A stretch of 64,000 bases of DNA from a virus (taxonomy: Duplodnaviria > Caudoviricetes), in the IMG/VR virus record IMGVR_UViG_3300014205_000170, positions 416,001 to 480,000 of that record; one strand, given 5' to 3'. This document shows positions 48,089 through 57,894 of this stretch, piece by piece. The translations under genes and the position numbers were made by a program. The first letter of the stretch is position 1. Every line of letters starts with the position of its first letter. The notes under the pieces were generated by a model. It was not told the origin of the DNA. It did not search any database and saw only the letters and a program-made list of their open reading frames with translations.

Positions 48089-48871
48089 TTGATTATGGCA
48101 AAGTTTAATATAGAAATACCTGGCGAAATACTAACGTCTAATTCTAAAGAAATAAATTTTGAATTATTAAAAGATAAAACTATTATCGGATTTTGCGGAT
48201 ATGCTAGGTCTGGGAAAGATACATTAGGAAATTTAATGGTTCAAAAGCTTGGTTTTAAACGTATCTCCTTTGGGGATATGTTAAAAAAAGACCTTGATGA
48301 ATATATGAAGGTTCAAGTTTTTAATGAATTAGTTAATAATGGTACGGACATAAAGCTTGAAGATGTTAATTTTTTAAATCCAAAAACTCTTGAAATAAAG
48401 GAAATTTTAAGACCATATATGATATGGTTTGGAGAGACAATGAAAGAAAATAATGGCATGCATCATTGGACAAATAGAGCATTGGCCGAAATTGGAGATA
48501 GTAAAAAAGTAGTCATTACAGACGTGAGAAGAGTGAATGAATTAGAATTGTTTATGTATAACGAAGAACAAAGAAAGAGAAGGATGCAGAATATGATTTT
48601 GGCAGAAATGCCTTCTGAAAATCTTTCGTTTGTTCATGAAAATGAAACCACAGAAGATTTTAAAAGTTTATTAATAAATATAAATCAATTAAAGCTATCT
48701 GATACTGACCAAAAAACTTTGGATACAATTCGTTTGGCTCAAGAAAATTGGTTGTTTGACTATGTGGTTCAGGTTGATTCTAGAATCCCAGACAAAGGAG
48801 GATATAGGGAAAAATACATGTATAATCAACTTCTTCAATTAGTTAATAAATTTCCAAAATATTTTGTGTAA
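48089..48871 (+). CDS. deoxynucleoside monophosphate kinase (T4 gp1-like)
   Basis: GYARSGKDT, SFGDMLK, VVITDVR..NE. Confidence 0.85.
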   Translation: MIMAKFNIEIPGEILTSNSKEINFELLKDKTIIGFCGYARSGKDTLGNLMVQKLGFKRISFGDMLKKDLDEYMKVQVFNELVNNGTDIKLEDVNFLNPKTLEIKEILRPYMIWFGETMKENNGMHHWTNRALAEIGDSKKVVITDVRRVNELELFMYNEEQRKRRMQNMILAEMPSENLSFVHENETTEDFKSLLININQLKLSDTDQKTLDTIRLAQENWLFDYVVQVDSRIPDKGGYREKYMYNQLLQLVNKFPKYFV

Positions 48872-48915
48872 TTTTGTAACATTTTTAGTACTTTTCAGTT
48901 TAAACAATATATACT

Positions 48916-49074
48916 ATGAAAACCAATAATAATACAGAGCCTGCTGTACTCCCAAGGCCAACGACTAAACCTGAGACCAATCCGGGCACATCAGACCCAA
49001 AAACTAATCCTGGAAAAGATAAAGACCCTTGGAAAGTTCCAAACCCAAATTTAGACCCAACCCCAAAAGCTTAA
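48916..49074 (+). CDS. 52-aa Pro-rich peptide (not in ORF track)
   Basis: MKTNNNTEPAVLPRPTTKPETNP...DPTPKA; ECF-like promoter upstream. Confidence 0.6.
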   Translation: MKTNNNTEPAVLPRPTTKPETNPGTSDPKTNPGKDKDPWKVPNPNLDPTPKA

Positions 49075-49085
49075 TTAAAACAGAC

Positions 49086-50147
49086 ATGGCAAAAGATAAC
49101 GAAATATTACGTCCAGAAGTAGAAAATCAAAGATTTGAAACTTATGTTGATGCAGGAAACTTAACACCACACAGAAGAATTGTCGACATGCTTGACCGTA
49201 TGACGTTTCCTTTCTCTGAAAATAATTTTTTCAAATATAATCCATCGTTTATTGCCGCAGATGAATTTAATCGATGCGCAAGAATTTACACTGAACGTGG
49301 GCAAGGGCAAGGTCCGATGGAAGCTATGAGATTGATGCAACAATTACTGCAAATCGAAGAGCCAAATAAACCTGAATTAACGGATTTAGCTATTGAGTTA
49401 GTAAGAGAAATGTATAATGTACCTGACTCCATTAACTTAAGAGCATTTTTGGAAAATTCTGATGAAGATGCCGGAGAAGAGTTTGATGATAGCGATAATG
49501 ATGTCGAAATGCTTAGTGATGAAAGAAAAGAAGAGTTAAAACCAGAAATTGAAAAGAGAAGAATTTTAAATTCTATTGTTCATGGAGCAGCTGTTCATCA
49601 ATGGACATCAGCATATCATATAGTAGCAGATAAATTAAATGATATTAATCCTGAATTATTAGAAAAATACAACAGACTTTCTGCATTAGTAAACTACTTT
49701 AATTGGCAAATCATTCAAAGCGATATGATGGCTATGGGTGGTGGCGCTCGACCTGTTTTACAAGGCTTTAATAAAGTTGATATTAAAAACAAAGATATCA
49801 AAGCTTCTGCAATGAATTTCCCTGTTTTAATTCATGAACTTTCAAAAGGAGTATTGGATTATTTGGTATCAATCGGAATACCTAATCTTCCTCCATATGA
49901 ATTAGAATATGTGTATGCTGAAGCAGATAAGTATTCTCATGAACAATGGCATTATTTCTTTGGTCCAACATTGTGGAGAGCTATGTTGAATACGGCTGAT
50001 GTTACTAGTCATGATTTACCTCAAATCATTTCTGAGATGGCTCAAATGGATTACACAGATTTGTCAAATTTTTGTATTGACATTTGTCACCATCCGGAAG
50101 AACTTGGAAAACCACAAATGCAAGCTTTGAAAAAGAAAGCGTTTTAA
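49086..50147 (+). CDS. conserved jumbo-phage protein
   Basis: KRRILNSIVHGA, FPVLIHELSKG, GPTLW; ATG 49086. Confidence 0.7.
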   Translation: MAKDNEILRPEVENQRFETYVDAGNLTPHRRIVDMLDRMTFPFSENNFFKYNPSFIAADEFNRCARIYTERGQGQGPMEAMRLMQQLLQIEEPNKPELTDLAIELVREMYNVPDSINLRAFLENSDEDAGEEFDDSDNDVEMLSDERKEELKPEIEKRRILNSIVHGAAVHQWTSAYHIVADKLNDINPELLEKYNRLSALVNYFNWQIIQSDMMAMGGGARPVLQGFNKVDIKNKDIKASAMNFPVLIHELSKGVLDYLVSIGIPNLPPYELEYVYAEADKYSHEQWHYFFGPTLWRAMLNTADVTSHDLPQIISEMAQMDYTDLSNFCIDICHHPEELGKPQMQALKKKAF

Positions 50148-50156
50148 TAAAAACGC

Positions 50157-50528
50157 ATGCAATACGAGAGGATAGATTTTCTAAAAAATTGGAATAATAA
50201 ACTTCTGTGCGATATTTTTGTAATTATTCGTCCAGTAAATAAGAAATATTCTCTTGACCAAGTTGTTGATATTAGAATTGATGATAAATTTTTTTCTTAC
50301 GCCAAGGTTCTAAAAAGCGAAATAAGAACTTTAAATGACATTATTGCTTCCGGAATGTTTTTATTAGATTCTGGAATGAATGAAAAAGATTTTCGTGATT
50401 TCATTAATGAATTATATTCTAAAAAAAGTTGGTGGAAAAATGAAGACACGGAATTGAAAATAATTTTTTTCAAGAAAATTACTCAATTAACTATTTTTGA
50501 AGATGGAAATTATCCGATTGCCACATAA
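50157..50528 (+). CDS. hypothetical protein
   Basis: NWNNKL..F..IR pattern. Confidence 0.6.
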   Translation: MQYERIDFLKNWNNKLLCDIFVIIRPVNKKYSLDQVVDIRIDDKFFSYAKVLKSEIRTLNDIIASGMFLLDSGMNEKDFRDFINELYSKKSWWKNEDTELKIIFFKKITQLTIFEDGNYPIAT

Positions 50529-51576
50529 GTTTTTATTTCATCATAGTGCTCACCAAACATTTGAATATTTTGGGATTTCTCCACATTTTCAAGAAGATTT
50601 ACAATGGAAGTTAACTGAAAAACATAGGTTTTATCATAACTATGAACATATTAATCATATTATTGATATGATTGACAAATACGACGCTTCCAAATATAAC
50701 TACAATTTATCTTCGATAGATAAGCAAATATTATTAGCCACTGCTTTATATCATGACGCTATTTACAACCCTCAATTTAAAAATAATGAAGAACAATCAA
50801 TAAAATATTTTATTTCTCATTGCTCTCAGAACTTAAATCGAACCAACGAAATAGAACAAGTGATTTCTTTAATAAGAGATACTATTAAACATACACCGTC
50901 TTCTAAATTGTCTGAAATATTTTGTGATTTTGATTTACAAATTTTAAAAGAAGGAAATTTCCAGGATATGCTTATTATGGAAAAAAAGATATTTTTAGAA
51001 TTTCAAAAATACGATTATACTTTATATAAAAAAGGTCGTATTGAATTTTTAGAATCTTTTTTAAAGAATGTTGTTACCAATAATACAGAAAACATTCGCG
51101 CTCTTATAGATTATATCAAAATAAGAGTACCAAAAATTGGTATTTATGCCGGTTCATTCAATCCTTTCCACAAAGGACATCTTAACATTGTTGAGAAGGC
51201 TGAAAAAATCTTTGATAAAGTGATTATTGCAAAAGGAATTAATCCGGAGAAACCAACAGATAAAGGTTTAAATGGATTGGATGATAAACTTTATTATAGG
51301 CAAGTGGAAGAATTTAAGGGGGTGATTACGGATTATATACCAAAAAAATCTCAAGATGCTGACATAACCCTTATCAGGGGATTAAGGAATGGTAATGATT
51401 TAAGTTATGAAATAAATCAACTTACATTCATAAAAGAATTTGATTCTAATCTTAAATATGTTTTTATACATTGTGATAAAGAATATGAACACATATCTTC
51501 GACAGCAATGCGAAGCATGTTGGCCTCTGGAGATGAGAAAATGATTGCTAAAGCCAAATATTATTGTGAAATATAA
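50497..51576 (+). CDS. HD-domain phosphohydrolase fused to CoaD-like adenylyltransferase
   Basis: RFYHN..H, YHDAIY, NEE.S, DFDL; YAGSFNPFHKGH, IRGLR, ISST. Confidence 0.85.
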   Translation: MKMEIIRLPHKFLFHHSAHQTFEYFGISPHFQEDLQWKLTEKHRFYHNYEHINHIIDMIDKYDASKYNYNLSSIDKQILLATALYHDAIYNPQFKNNEEQSIKYFISHCSQNLNRTNEIEQVISLIRDTIKHTPSSKLSEIFCDFDLQILKEGNFQDMLIMEKKIFLEFQKYDYTLYKKGRIEFLESFLKNVVTNNTENIRALIDYIKIRVPKIGIYAGSFNPFHKGHLNIVEKAEKIFDKVIIAKGINPEKPTDKGLNGLDDKLYYRQVEEFKGVITDYIPKKSQDADITLIRGLRNGNDLSYEINQLTFIKEFDSNLKYVFIHCDKEYEHISSTAMRSMLASGDEKMIAKAKYYCEI

Positions 51577-51689
51577 ATTATTTTAAATAATGTTTGGTCC
51601 TCTTGCTTTTTGAAATTTTTTCTAATAAGTTTACATCATGATAAAATGACTCTTGGTCTTTTAATTAAAAAGAAAAGGAGAAACAAAAG

Positions 51690-51998
51690 ATGGAAACACC
51701 AACAATAATTTTAATATCAATTTTGTCTACTTTAAGTGTAGTTGCCATTATAGCATTAGTGGTAGTTGCGTTTGTAAAGCAAGGTAGAAAGATAGTAAAG
51801 CTAGAAGAAGATTTGCGACGTAGTATTCTAAAGCTAGAAGATGAAACGCGCATTCGAACAAATCGATTAATGGATGATTATACGAGAGAATTTGAAAATG
51901 TACGTAAATTTATCGATTCGAGATGTGATAAATTAGATTTGAAAATTAAAAATTCTGGAACTAAAATTGAAACTCAAAAACAAGTTCTACAAGGATAA
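51690..51998 (+). CDS. single-TM coiled-coil protein
   Basis: N-terminal hydrophobic helix; IDSRCDKL. Confidence 0.7.
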   Translation: METPTIILISILSTLSVVAIIALVVVAFVKQGRKIVKLEEDLRRSILKLEDETRIRTNRLMDDYTREFENVRKFIDSRCDKLDLKIKNSGTKIETQKQVLQG

Positions 51999-52021
51999 AC
52001 AACATAGACCAAGAGTTCATT

Positions 52022-53872
52022 TTATTCATAAATATCTCTGTGTTTTTTTCCGAATTTTCTAATCATGTAACCTGAAAATGAATTAGCCTCATTCTCATGT
52101 GGAGAACCATCTTCTCCAGAAGTTTCAGTTAAAACATTATCCAATTTTTGTTTATAGTGTCTAATTTCATGAGCTAAAGACCTTAGTGGGTCAGCTAACA
52201 TATTTCTGTTTTTTGTGTAAATCCAAATGTGGTCATTGTTGGGATTATAACTTGCAGTTGTAGTTATTGGACCACCGCGTTCAGCGGTCATAAAAACAGA
52301 ACAAGGAGTCTCAATATTAAGTTCTGTGCAACAATCAAGAATAAATTCTTTAATTAATTCTGCCTTTTTAGCATCAATATTATCAACTGATTTTTTGATT
52401 ACCAGTTTATGAGATGGAGCTTTTTGAAACATTGTGTTTTCTTTTTTGTTTGGTTCAGAAATTTCTCCTTCAACATACTTTTTTAATTTTGTATAATAAT
52501 CAGGAACTTCATTTAAGTGTGCTATTGCTATTTTTAAAGTTTTAATTTCATCATCATTTGTAACGTTAGTAGTTGGATTAACAGTGCCATGTTCTTTTTC
52601 TATATCAAAACCTATAGCGAGTTGTTTTAAATCATAACGAGAAATATCTAAATTACCTAACTTAGCAATTTTTTTAATTTTCAATTCAGAGTTAGATAAA
52701 TTACCATTCAATGATTGAGTTTCTGTGTACATTTCTTTAATAATCATTTCTTTTAAAAATTTTGATGGATATAACATTCTTAATGGATGACCTTGAGGTA
52801 TATCTTTTTGTTTTATTCCAAAGACTTTTTTCTCAGGGCACGTATCTTTATTGTCAACAAGAAAATGATTATTACAAGCCCAAACAGTATGGTTCATATT
52901 TAAAACTTGTCCTATTTTAAAAGGAAAATTTATTTTAAATTCATTTTCAACATTAGTTATTTTCCCATCCGGAGTTTTTGTAACTTTTATAATAATTTGT
53001 GGTCTTCTTTTATTTGTAAAAATAACTTCTTGCAAATTTTTTATATTTACAGCTTCGGTTTTAATTTCATTCATGGAAAGATTTTTATCAAAAGCTTGAG
53101 AAGAAATATCCCCTAGTTTTTTTAAATAACCATTATTTCGCAAGAACTTAAAAGCCAAATTTTCAGCAGAAAATTCTCCGGTTTTATCTAAGCCGGATTG
53201 TCTCATCTGTTTTATTTTGTCTTTTAATTTTTTAGATTGTTTATATATTGCATTCCAATCAGGACTTTCATCCAAAGATTTTTTTTCAATTTCTTCTATT
53301 TGCGTAGCAATATCTGAAGATTTTTTCTTTATGAGTTTTTTATCAATTGTTACTTTTTCTTTCTCCGGGCTGTGAATCCATTCATCATTTACAAGGTTAT
53401 ACACCCCCACTGATTTATTTTCTTCATTTTTCTCCTGTACATAAAGCTCTACTGCATATCCTTTCAAAGAAATATCATGACTGTTTTTCCAATTTGAACC
53501 TTTAGCATCAAAAAAATCTTTTGCTAATTTCACATCGTCAGAAATTTTATTAAAATCAAAAACTATATGTAAATCCAAATCACTTGTTTCATTCCAATTA
53601 TAATTTGCCATACTGCCTAAAAACAATATGTTTTCAGGTTTTATTTGCACATCTAAATATTTAATATATTCATCTGCAATTTTTAGTAATTGGGTTCTTA
53701 TTTCTGGATTTAATGTATTATCATGCCAAATTTTTGGATTTAAATGGTCTTTTACATAGCTGCTTGGGATAACAACACTATCTACATCTAACTCTTGTAT
53801 AGAAAAAACACCCTCTAAAATAGGTTCTAAAAGGGTTTTAAGGCCATTTTTATTAAAAATTGAGATAGACAT
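52022..53872 (-). CDS. nucleotidyltransferase + DUF5661-like + zincin multidomain protein
   Basis: GSMANYNW..SDLDLH..ELYVQ; EKEH..IAIAHLNEVPDYYTKL; LAHEIRH..E.EAN. Confidence 0.75.
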   Translation of the reverse strand: MSISIFNKNGLKTLLEPILEGVFSIQELDVDSVVIPSSYVKDHLNPKIWHDNTLNPEIRTQLLKIADEYIKYLDVQIKPENILFLGSMANYNWNETSDLDLHIVFDFNKISDDVKLAKDFFDAKGSNWKNSHDISLKGYAVELYVQEKNEENKSVGVYNLVNDEWIHSPEKEKVTIDKKLIKKKSSDIATQIEEIEKKSLDESPDWNAIYKQSKKLKDKIKQMRQSGLDKTGEFSAENLAFKFLRNNGYLKKLGDISSQAFDKNLSMNEIKTEAVNIKNLQEVIFTNKRRPQIIIKVTKTPDGKITNVENEFKINFPFKIGQVLNMNHTVWACNNHFLVDNKDTCPEKKVFGIKQKDIPQGHPLRMLYPSKFLKEMIIKEMYTETQSLNGNLSNSELKIKKIAKLGNLDISRYDLKQLAIGFDIEKEHGTVNPTTNVTNDDEIKTLKIAIAHLNEVPDYYTKLKKYVEGEISEPNKKENTMFQKAPSHKLVIKKSVDNIDAKKAELIKEFILDCCTELNIETPCSVFMTAERGGPITTTASYNPNNDHIWIYTKNRNMLADPLRSLAHEIRHYKQKLDNVLTETSGEDGSPHENEANSFSGYMIRKFGKKHRDIYE

Positions 53873-53915
53873 AACTTCACCAATAAATATCCTTAAAAAA
53901 GGTATTTTATGATGA

Positions 53916-54308
53916 TTATGACATCGTTGACAATAGCGTATCTAGTATTTGTCTGTCTATTGCTTCTGAAATTGCTTGTGCTAACATATCGGTGATAAAT
54001 GTGGGTGCATCAAGTTTATATTTTTCACATATAACTATTCTTGTTGCTGAATTTGGGTTTGTAAGTAATGCTGCCAATTCAGATTCTGCATCAATTGAAT
54101 GATAGGTGGCCAAATCTTGAGCCATTTCTACATTCCAAGTAGCATTAATTCGTCTTTCTTGAACTTGAACTGGGATGGAGGATATAGTTAAATTTATTTC
54201 TTTAACAAAAGGTGGAAATTTTTCTACTAAAATTTCTCTTATAAAAACATTCTTTCTATAAATTGGCTCAAAAGTATGAAAGTTTCCATATGAAGACCAA
54301 GGATTCAT
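53916..54308 (-). CDS. major-capsid (gp23-like) central fragment protein with RxVIxEK inserts
   Basis: RRINATWNVEMAQDLATYHSIDAESEL ... ISEAIDRQIL. Confidence 0.75.
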   Translation of the reverse strand: MNPWSSYGNFHTFEPIYRKNVFIREILVEKFPPFVKEINLTISSIPVQVQERRINATWNVEMAQDLATYHSIDAESELAALLTNPNSATRIVICEKYKLDAPTFITDMLAQAISEAIDRQILDTLLSTMS

Positions 54309-54916
54309 TACATTTTATTGTGTGGATTTGCTATTCTAAAATTCGTTTTATAAGTTTCTCTTTTTAATAAAAAAAGTTTTGTATTACTATTAGTATCGCC
54401 TGCATTTTCCACCTTTTTAATAGTATCTTTGTTTTCGCGAATTATATCTTTCAGTTTTTCTGTTTTTATTAACCAAATTTCATTGATTTGAGGATAATAC
54501 GTTACGAAGAAATCTGCTTTAGTTACAGAAATACCAGATTTTTTCCCTCTTGATTCATATTCGATAGCCATGTTGCCGGTGTCTCTAAGAGAACCAGTCT
54601 TTTCATCTTCAAACAAATGAGCAACATCAGTTTTAATTTCAAAAATATATTCTTTTCCATTTTTTAAAAATTTATAATCATGTGATATATCTTCACATTT
54701 AGAAAGAAAAATATATCCCAGGTTTTCTAAAAATTTTCGAACTATTGATTCTCCTTTTTCTCCCATAGAAAGAGCAGATTCAAAATTATTAATATAACTT
54801 CCTTTATTTAATTTTATATCTTTTTCTAATTCTGTACATAATTCACTGACAGTTTTAGTAGATAAAGTTTCACTAAGCATATTATCTATGTTTGTGAAAA
54901 ATTCCAAATCTTCCAT
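54308..54916 (-). CDS. PD-(D/E)XK nuclease
   Basis: GEKGE, D, EIKTD, TGNMAIEY..RGK.SGI..TKAD. Confidence 0.75.
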   Translation of the reverse strand: MEDLEFFTNIDNMLSETLSTKTVSELCTELEKDIKLNKGSYINNFESALSMGEKGESIVRKFLENLGYIFLSKCEDISHDYKFLKNGKEYIFEIKTDVAHLFEDEKTGSLRDTGNMAIEYESRGKKSGISVTKADFFVTYYPQINEIWLIKTEKLKDIIRENKDTIKKVENAGDTNSNTKLFLLKRETYKTNFRIANPHNKM

Positions 54917-54979
54917 AAAAATTTTTGTTTGTTTGCTAGAACAAATAAAAAGGATTAAATTGATATAAGCAAGTTGAAA

Positions 54980-55300
54980 TTATCTAGAACGACCTTTAGA
55001 AAGGTCATCGAAATATTGATAAAATCCTTTATAGGCAATTACAGACATCATGGTGGGTCCAATTAAACAACCCATAACAGAGAACAGCCCTCCCATAATA
55101 CTATCGTTAAAACCATCTTTTATAGCATCTATAACCCAGCCAAAGTTTATGAATTCTAAAGTTGTAATGACCAACGCTACAACAAAGAGTTGTAAATAGC
55201 TATTTTGCCACTGTAAAGCAAACCAGAATTTAAAAGAACGTTCAAAATTAACATCTGTTCTGAACCATCTTACTTGTTTTTTTGTCTCACTTGTTGGCAT
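54980..55300 (-). CDS. membrane protein
   Basis: two hydrophobic segments. Confidence 0.6.
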   Translation of the reverse strand: MPTSETKKQVRWFRTDVNFERSFKFWFALQWQNSYLQLFVVALVITTLEFINFGWVIDAIKDGFNDSIMGGLFSVMGCLIGPTMMSVIAYKGFYQYFDDLSKGRSR

Positions 55301-55301
55301 A

Positions 55302-55559
55302 TTATTCGTCTTTTTTTAATAATGGACTTCGAAAGTCTACGAGTTCTTTCATTCGTTTTACTTCTTCTGCTAATAATTTAACATCTTCTAATTGTACAAA
55401 TTCGCTTTCTTTAACTATTTCAGAATTAGAATTTTCAGATTGAATACTTAATTCTTTGGTTGAAGTATTGTCAACCTTTATCCACCCTTCCAAAATAGCC
55501 ATTTTTTCTATTTCGGTTTGTAAATATTTTTTCAATTCTTCTTTAGTAAATTTTTGCAT
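55302..55559 (-). CDS. putative internal head protein
   Basis: FTKEELKKYLQTE; EEVKRMKELV. Confidence 0.6.
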   Translation of the reverse strand: MQKFTKEELKKYLQTEIEKMAILEGWIKVDNTSTKELSIQSENSNSEIVKESEFVQLEDVKLLAEEVKRMKELVDFRSPLLKKDE

Positions 55560-55596
55560 ATTAAATTTTATCTGGTTTTTATAAATATGTATTTTT

Positions 55597-55953
55597 TTGT
55601 TGTTTTATAGGCATTTTTACTTTAAATTTGTTATTAACTCTAAGAAAATTATGACTGTTATTTTTTTACTTCTTTGTCTTTTTGGTACCAGTTTTTGTTT
55701 AACTGGCATTTTGATTTGTGCTATTACATTTTTTCGTAAAGTTTCTAATGGAGAGCATCAAAGAAAGGTTGTGGTTTCTCCTAGAGGTTTTCTTTTTCTA
55801 TTTTTAGGTATCGTATCATTCTCATTTACAGATATTTACGACCAAAAATGGGGAGCTGCAATAGTTCATTTTTCAACTTCAATTTTATACTTGTGTATTT
55901 ATATAATATTGAACAAATCTTACAAATTAAAATTAGAAGATGAAAATCGCTAA
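55597..55953 (+). CDS. membrane protein
   Basis: three hydrophobic segments; start probably ATG 55651. Confidence 0.55.
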   Translation: MLFYRHFYFKFVINSKKIMTVIFLLLCLFGTSFCLTGILICAITFFRKVSNGEHQRKVVVSPRGFLFLFLGIVSFSFTDIYDQKWGAAIVHFSTSILYLCIYIILNKSYKLKLEDENR

Positions 55954-56509
55954 AAGTTATAAAAAACACATTTACTGTCTCGAAGGTAATTGGCAAAAAG
56001 ATTTAAGAAAAAAATCTAGCGTAGATTCTTCATTAATGTTTCTTGAAAAAAATTGTGATATCAAACACATACATAAGCACTGTGGAACTAAAGAAACTGT
56101 ATTTTATTATCTTGATATATGGAAGTATAAAAAGTATTCCAATTATTCGATTTGTTATTTAGCATTTCATGGTTTTGAAGGTGAGATAACAGTTGGAAGA
56201 GATACTGTTAGTTTAGAAGAAATGGCTGATTCTCTAGAAGGCGCTTGTAAAGATAAAATAATATTTTTTGGTAGTTGTTTAGTTTTACAAGTAGATAGAG
56301 CTAGGATAAATAGTTTTTTAGAAAAAACCGGAGCACTTTGTATTTGTGGTTATAAAGTTTCTGTTGATTTCTTATCAAGTTCAGTATTTGAGATGTTAGT
56401 GATAAACATGTTGCAGAACTATAAAGATATTTCTTGTGTTCAAAGAGACATTAATCTTTATTATAGTACTCTAGCAAAAGAATTGGAATTTAAAATTTAT
56501 ACTTTGTAA
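55940..56509 (+). CDS. DUF6642-like caspase/CHAT-fold protein
   Basis: CLEGNW, YLAFHG, FFGSC, GY...VD. Confidence 0.65.
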   Translation: MKIAKSYKKHIYCLEGNWQKDLRKKSSVDSSLMFLEKNCDIKHIHKHCGTKETVFYYLDIWKYKKYSNYSICYLAFHGFEGEITVGRDTVSLEEMADSLEGACKDKIIFFGSCLVLQVDRARINSFLEKTGALCICGYKVSVDFLSSSVFEMLVINMLQNYKDISCVQRDINLYYSTLAKELEFKIYTL

Positions 56510-57170
56510 TTTTTTTTTCAATTATTACTTTTCTTTTACCATCAAAAGAATCGGTCCAGTATTCCATAATTCCATCACCATTCATAAAAAAATCCTCTTT
56601 TAGATTATTTAAATCTGTTGTGGTAATTATAAATTTACTTTTATTTGAAGTGGGATTAAAACAACACATAAAAGATTGAATTAAGTCATCGTAATTATCA
56701 TTAAAACCTAATTCGGAAATATAAATAAAATCAAGTAAATAACCTCTCCCAGCATCGCGTTGTTTTTTTGTCCAATACTGTATTTTGGAATGATTAGAAA
56801 ATTCTGTGAATTTTTGATTGTGTTTTTCTGGAGTAAGAATTGTATTTTCTAAACCTTGTGAATGGAATATCTGTTCTAAAACATGTAAGTTTCCATTAAT
56901 TAATTGTCTTAAAGTTTGAATTTCTTGATGTGAACTTGCTATAACTCCTACTTTAAATTTTGGATTTACAATGACTTTCCACAAAATATATAAAGACATT
57001 GCAAAACTTACTCCTTCTTGTCTTTGTTTATAAACAATGGTATATTTATTTTTTTCCAAAAAGGAAAGAAAATTTCTTTGTGCCAATGATAAACGAATGA
57101 AATTTGACTCTTCTACTAAAGAATGATTTAAGGAAACATCTAATAATTTACAAAAATCATGAAATTCCAT
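56490..57170 (-). CDS. truncated terminase large-subunit ATPase-like protein
   Basis: Q..FL, KQRQEGVS, GRGY.LDFIYISE, IITT; C-terminal KRKVIIEK; no nuclease domain. Confidence 0.65.
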   Translation of the reverse strand: MEFHDFCKLLDVSLNHSLVEESNFIRLSLAQRNFLSFLEKNKYTIVYKQRQEGVSFAMSLYILWKVIVNPKFKVGVIASSHQEIQTLRQLINGNLHVLEQIFHSQGLENTILTPEKHNQKFTEFSNHSKIQYWTKKQRDAGRGYLLDFIYISELGFNDNYDDLIQSFMCCFNPTSNKSKFIITTTDLNNLKEDFFMNGDGIMEYWTDSFDGKRKVIIEKKITKYKF

Positions 57171-57448
57171 TAACTCTGTACGAATTTATTCAATTGAGTT
57201 ACGAATGTCTTTTCAATAATAGTGTGTACTTTATCTGGAATAACAGATTCCTCCCCAGAAGCTTTCCATTTTTCATCATCTTCATCTTCTGATAGTTTAT
57301 TGGTAAATGAATAGTAATCAACTATTACATTAATCAATTGATTTAAAGCAACTACGTCATTAATTTTATCATTAACAATTTCAGTTGAAATTACTTGATT
57401 TTCGTTAGGTGCATTATTTGTCGACATATTTTTTTCTTTATTATTCAA
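57170..57448 (-). CDS. hypothetical protein
   Basis: 92-aa ORF. Confidence 0.55.
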   Translation of the reverse strand: MNNKEKNMSTNNAPNENQVISTEIVNDKINDVVALNQLINVIVDYYSFTNKLSEDEDDEKWKASGEESVIPDKVHTIIEKTFVTQLNKFVQS

Positions 57449-57531
57449 ATAAAAGAAAATTTTAGATAAAAGTCAATATCTATATTTGAAATACAAAAAG
57501 TTTTAGATACATTTGAATTAAAATCAAGAAA

Positions 57532-57894
57532 ATGGAAATAATAGCTAAAGTTAGAAGAGTAGAGCCAACAGAACACATCAATGATAAGTTCAAAAAGAGA
57601 AAATTAATTGTTAATTCAGAAGAAAAATCACCTTACCCTCAAGTGTTATCTTTTGAGGCAATACAAAAAAATACCTCTCTTTTGGATAATTTAAATCCCG
57701 GAGATGAGATTAAAATTTTTTTCAATTTAAAAGGAAGAGAATTTTTAACGAAAGATAGTAGACAAGCAGTGTTTAATACTTTGGAAATCTGGAAAATAGA
57801 TACTCTCAAAAAAGATGCTGATTTTTCAGAACCAATTTCAGAAGACATCAATCTGAATAACCATGAAGAAGATAATGAAACTTTACCTTTTTAA
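57532..57894 (+). CDS. DUF3127 family OB-fold (SSB-like) protein
   Basis: FKKR, YPQ, F.LKGRE, FNTL..WKI, acidic tail ending LPF. Confidence 0.8.
   Translation: MEIIAKVRRVEPTEHINDKFKKRKLIVNSEEKSPYPQVLSFEAIQKNTSLLDNLNPGDEIKIFFNLKGREFLTKDSRQAVFNTLEIWKIDTLKKDADFSEPISEDINLNNHEEDNETLPF

Noticed and set aside
49029-49085. TTG start at 49029 or a frameshift fusion with the upstream Pro-rich ORF
   Set aside because: The Pro-rich ORF has its own stop at 49074 and an ATG follows at 49086; no clear slippery site was seen.
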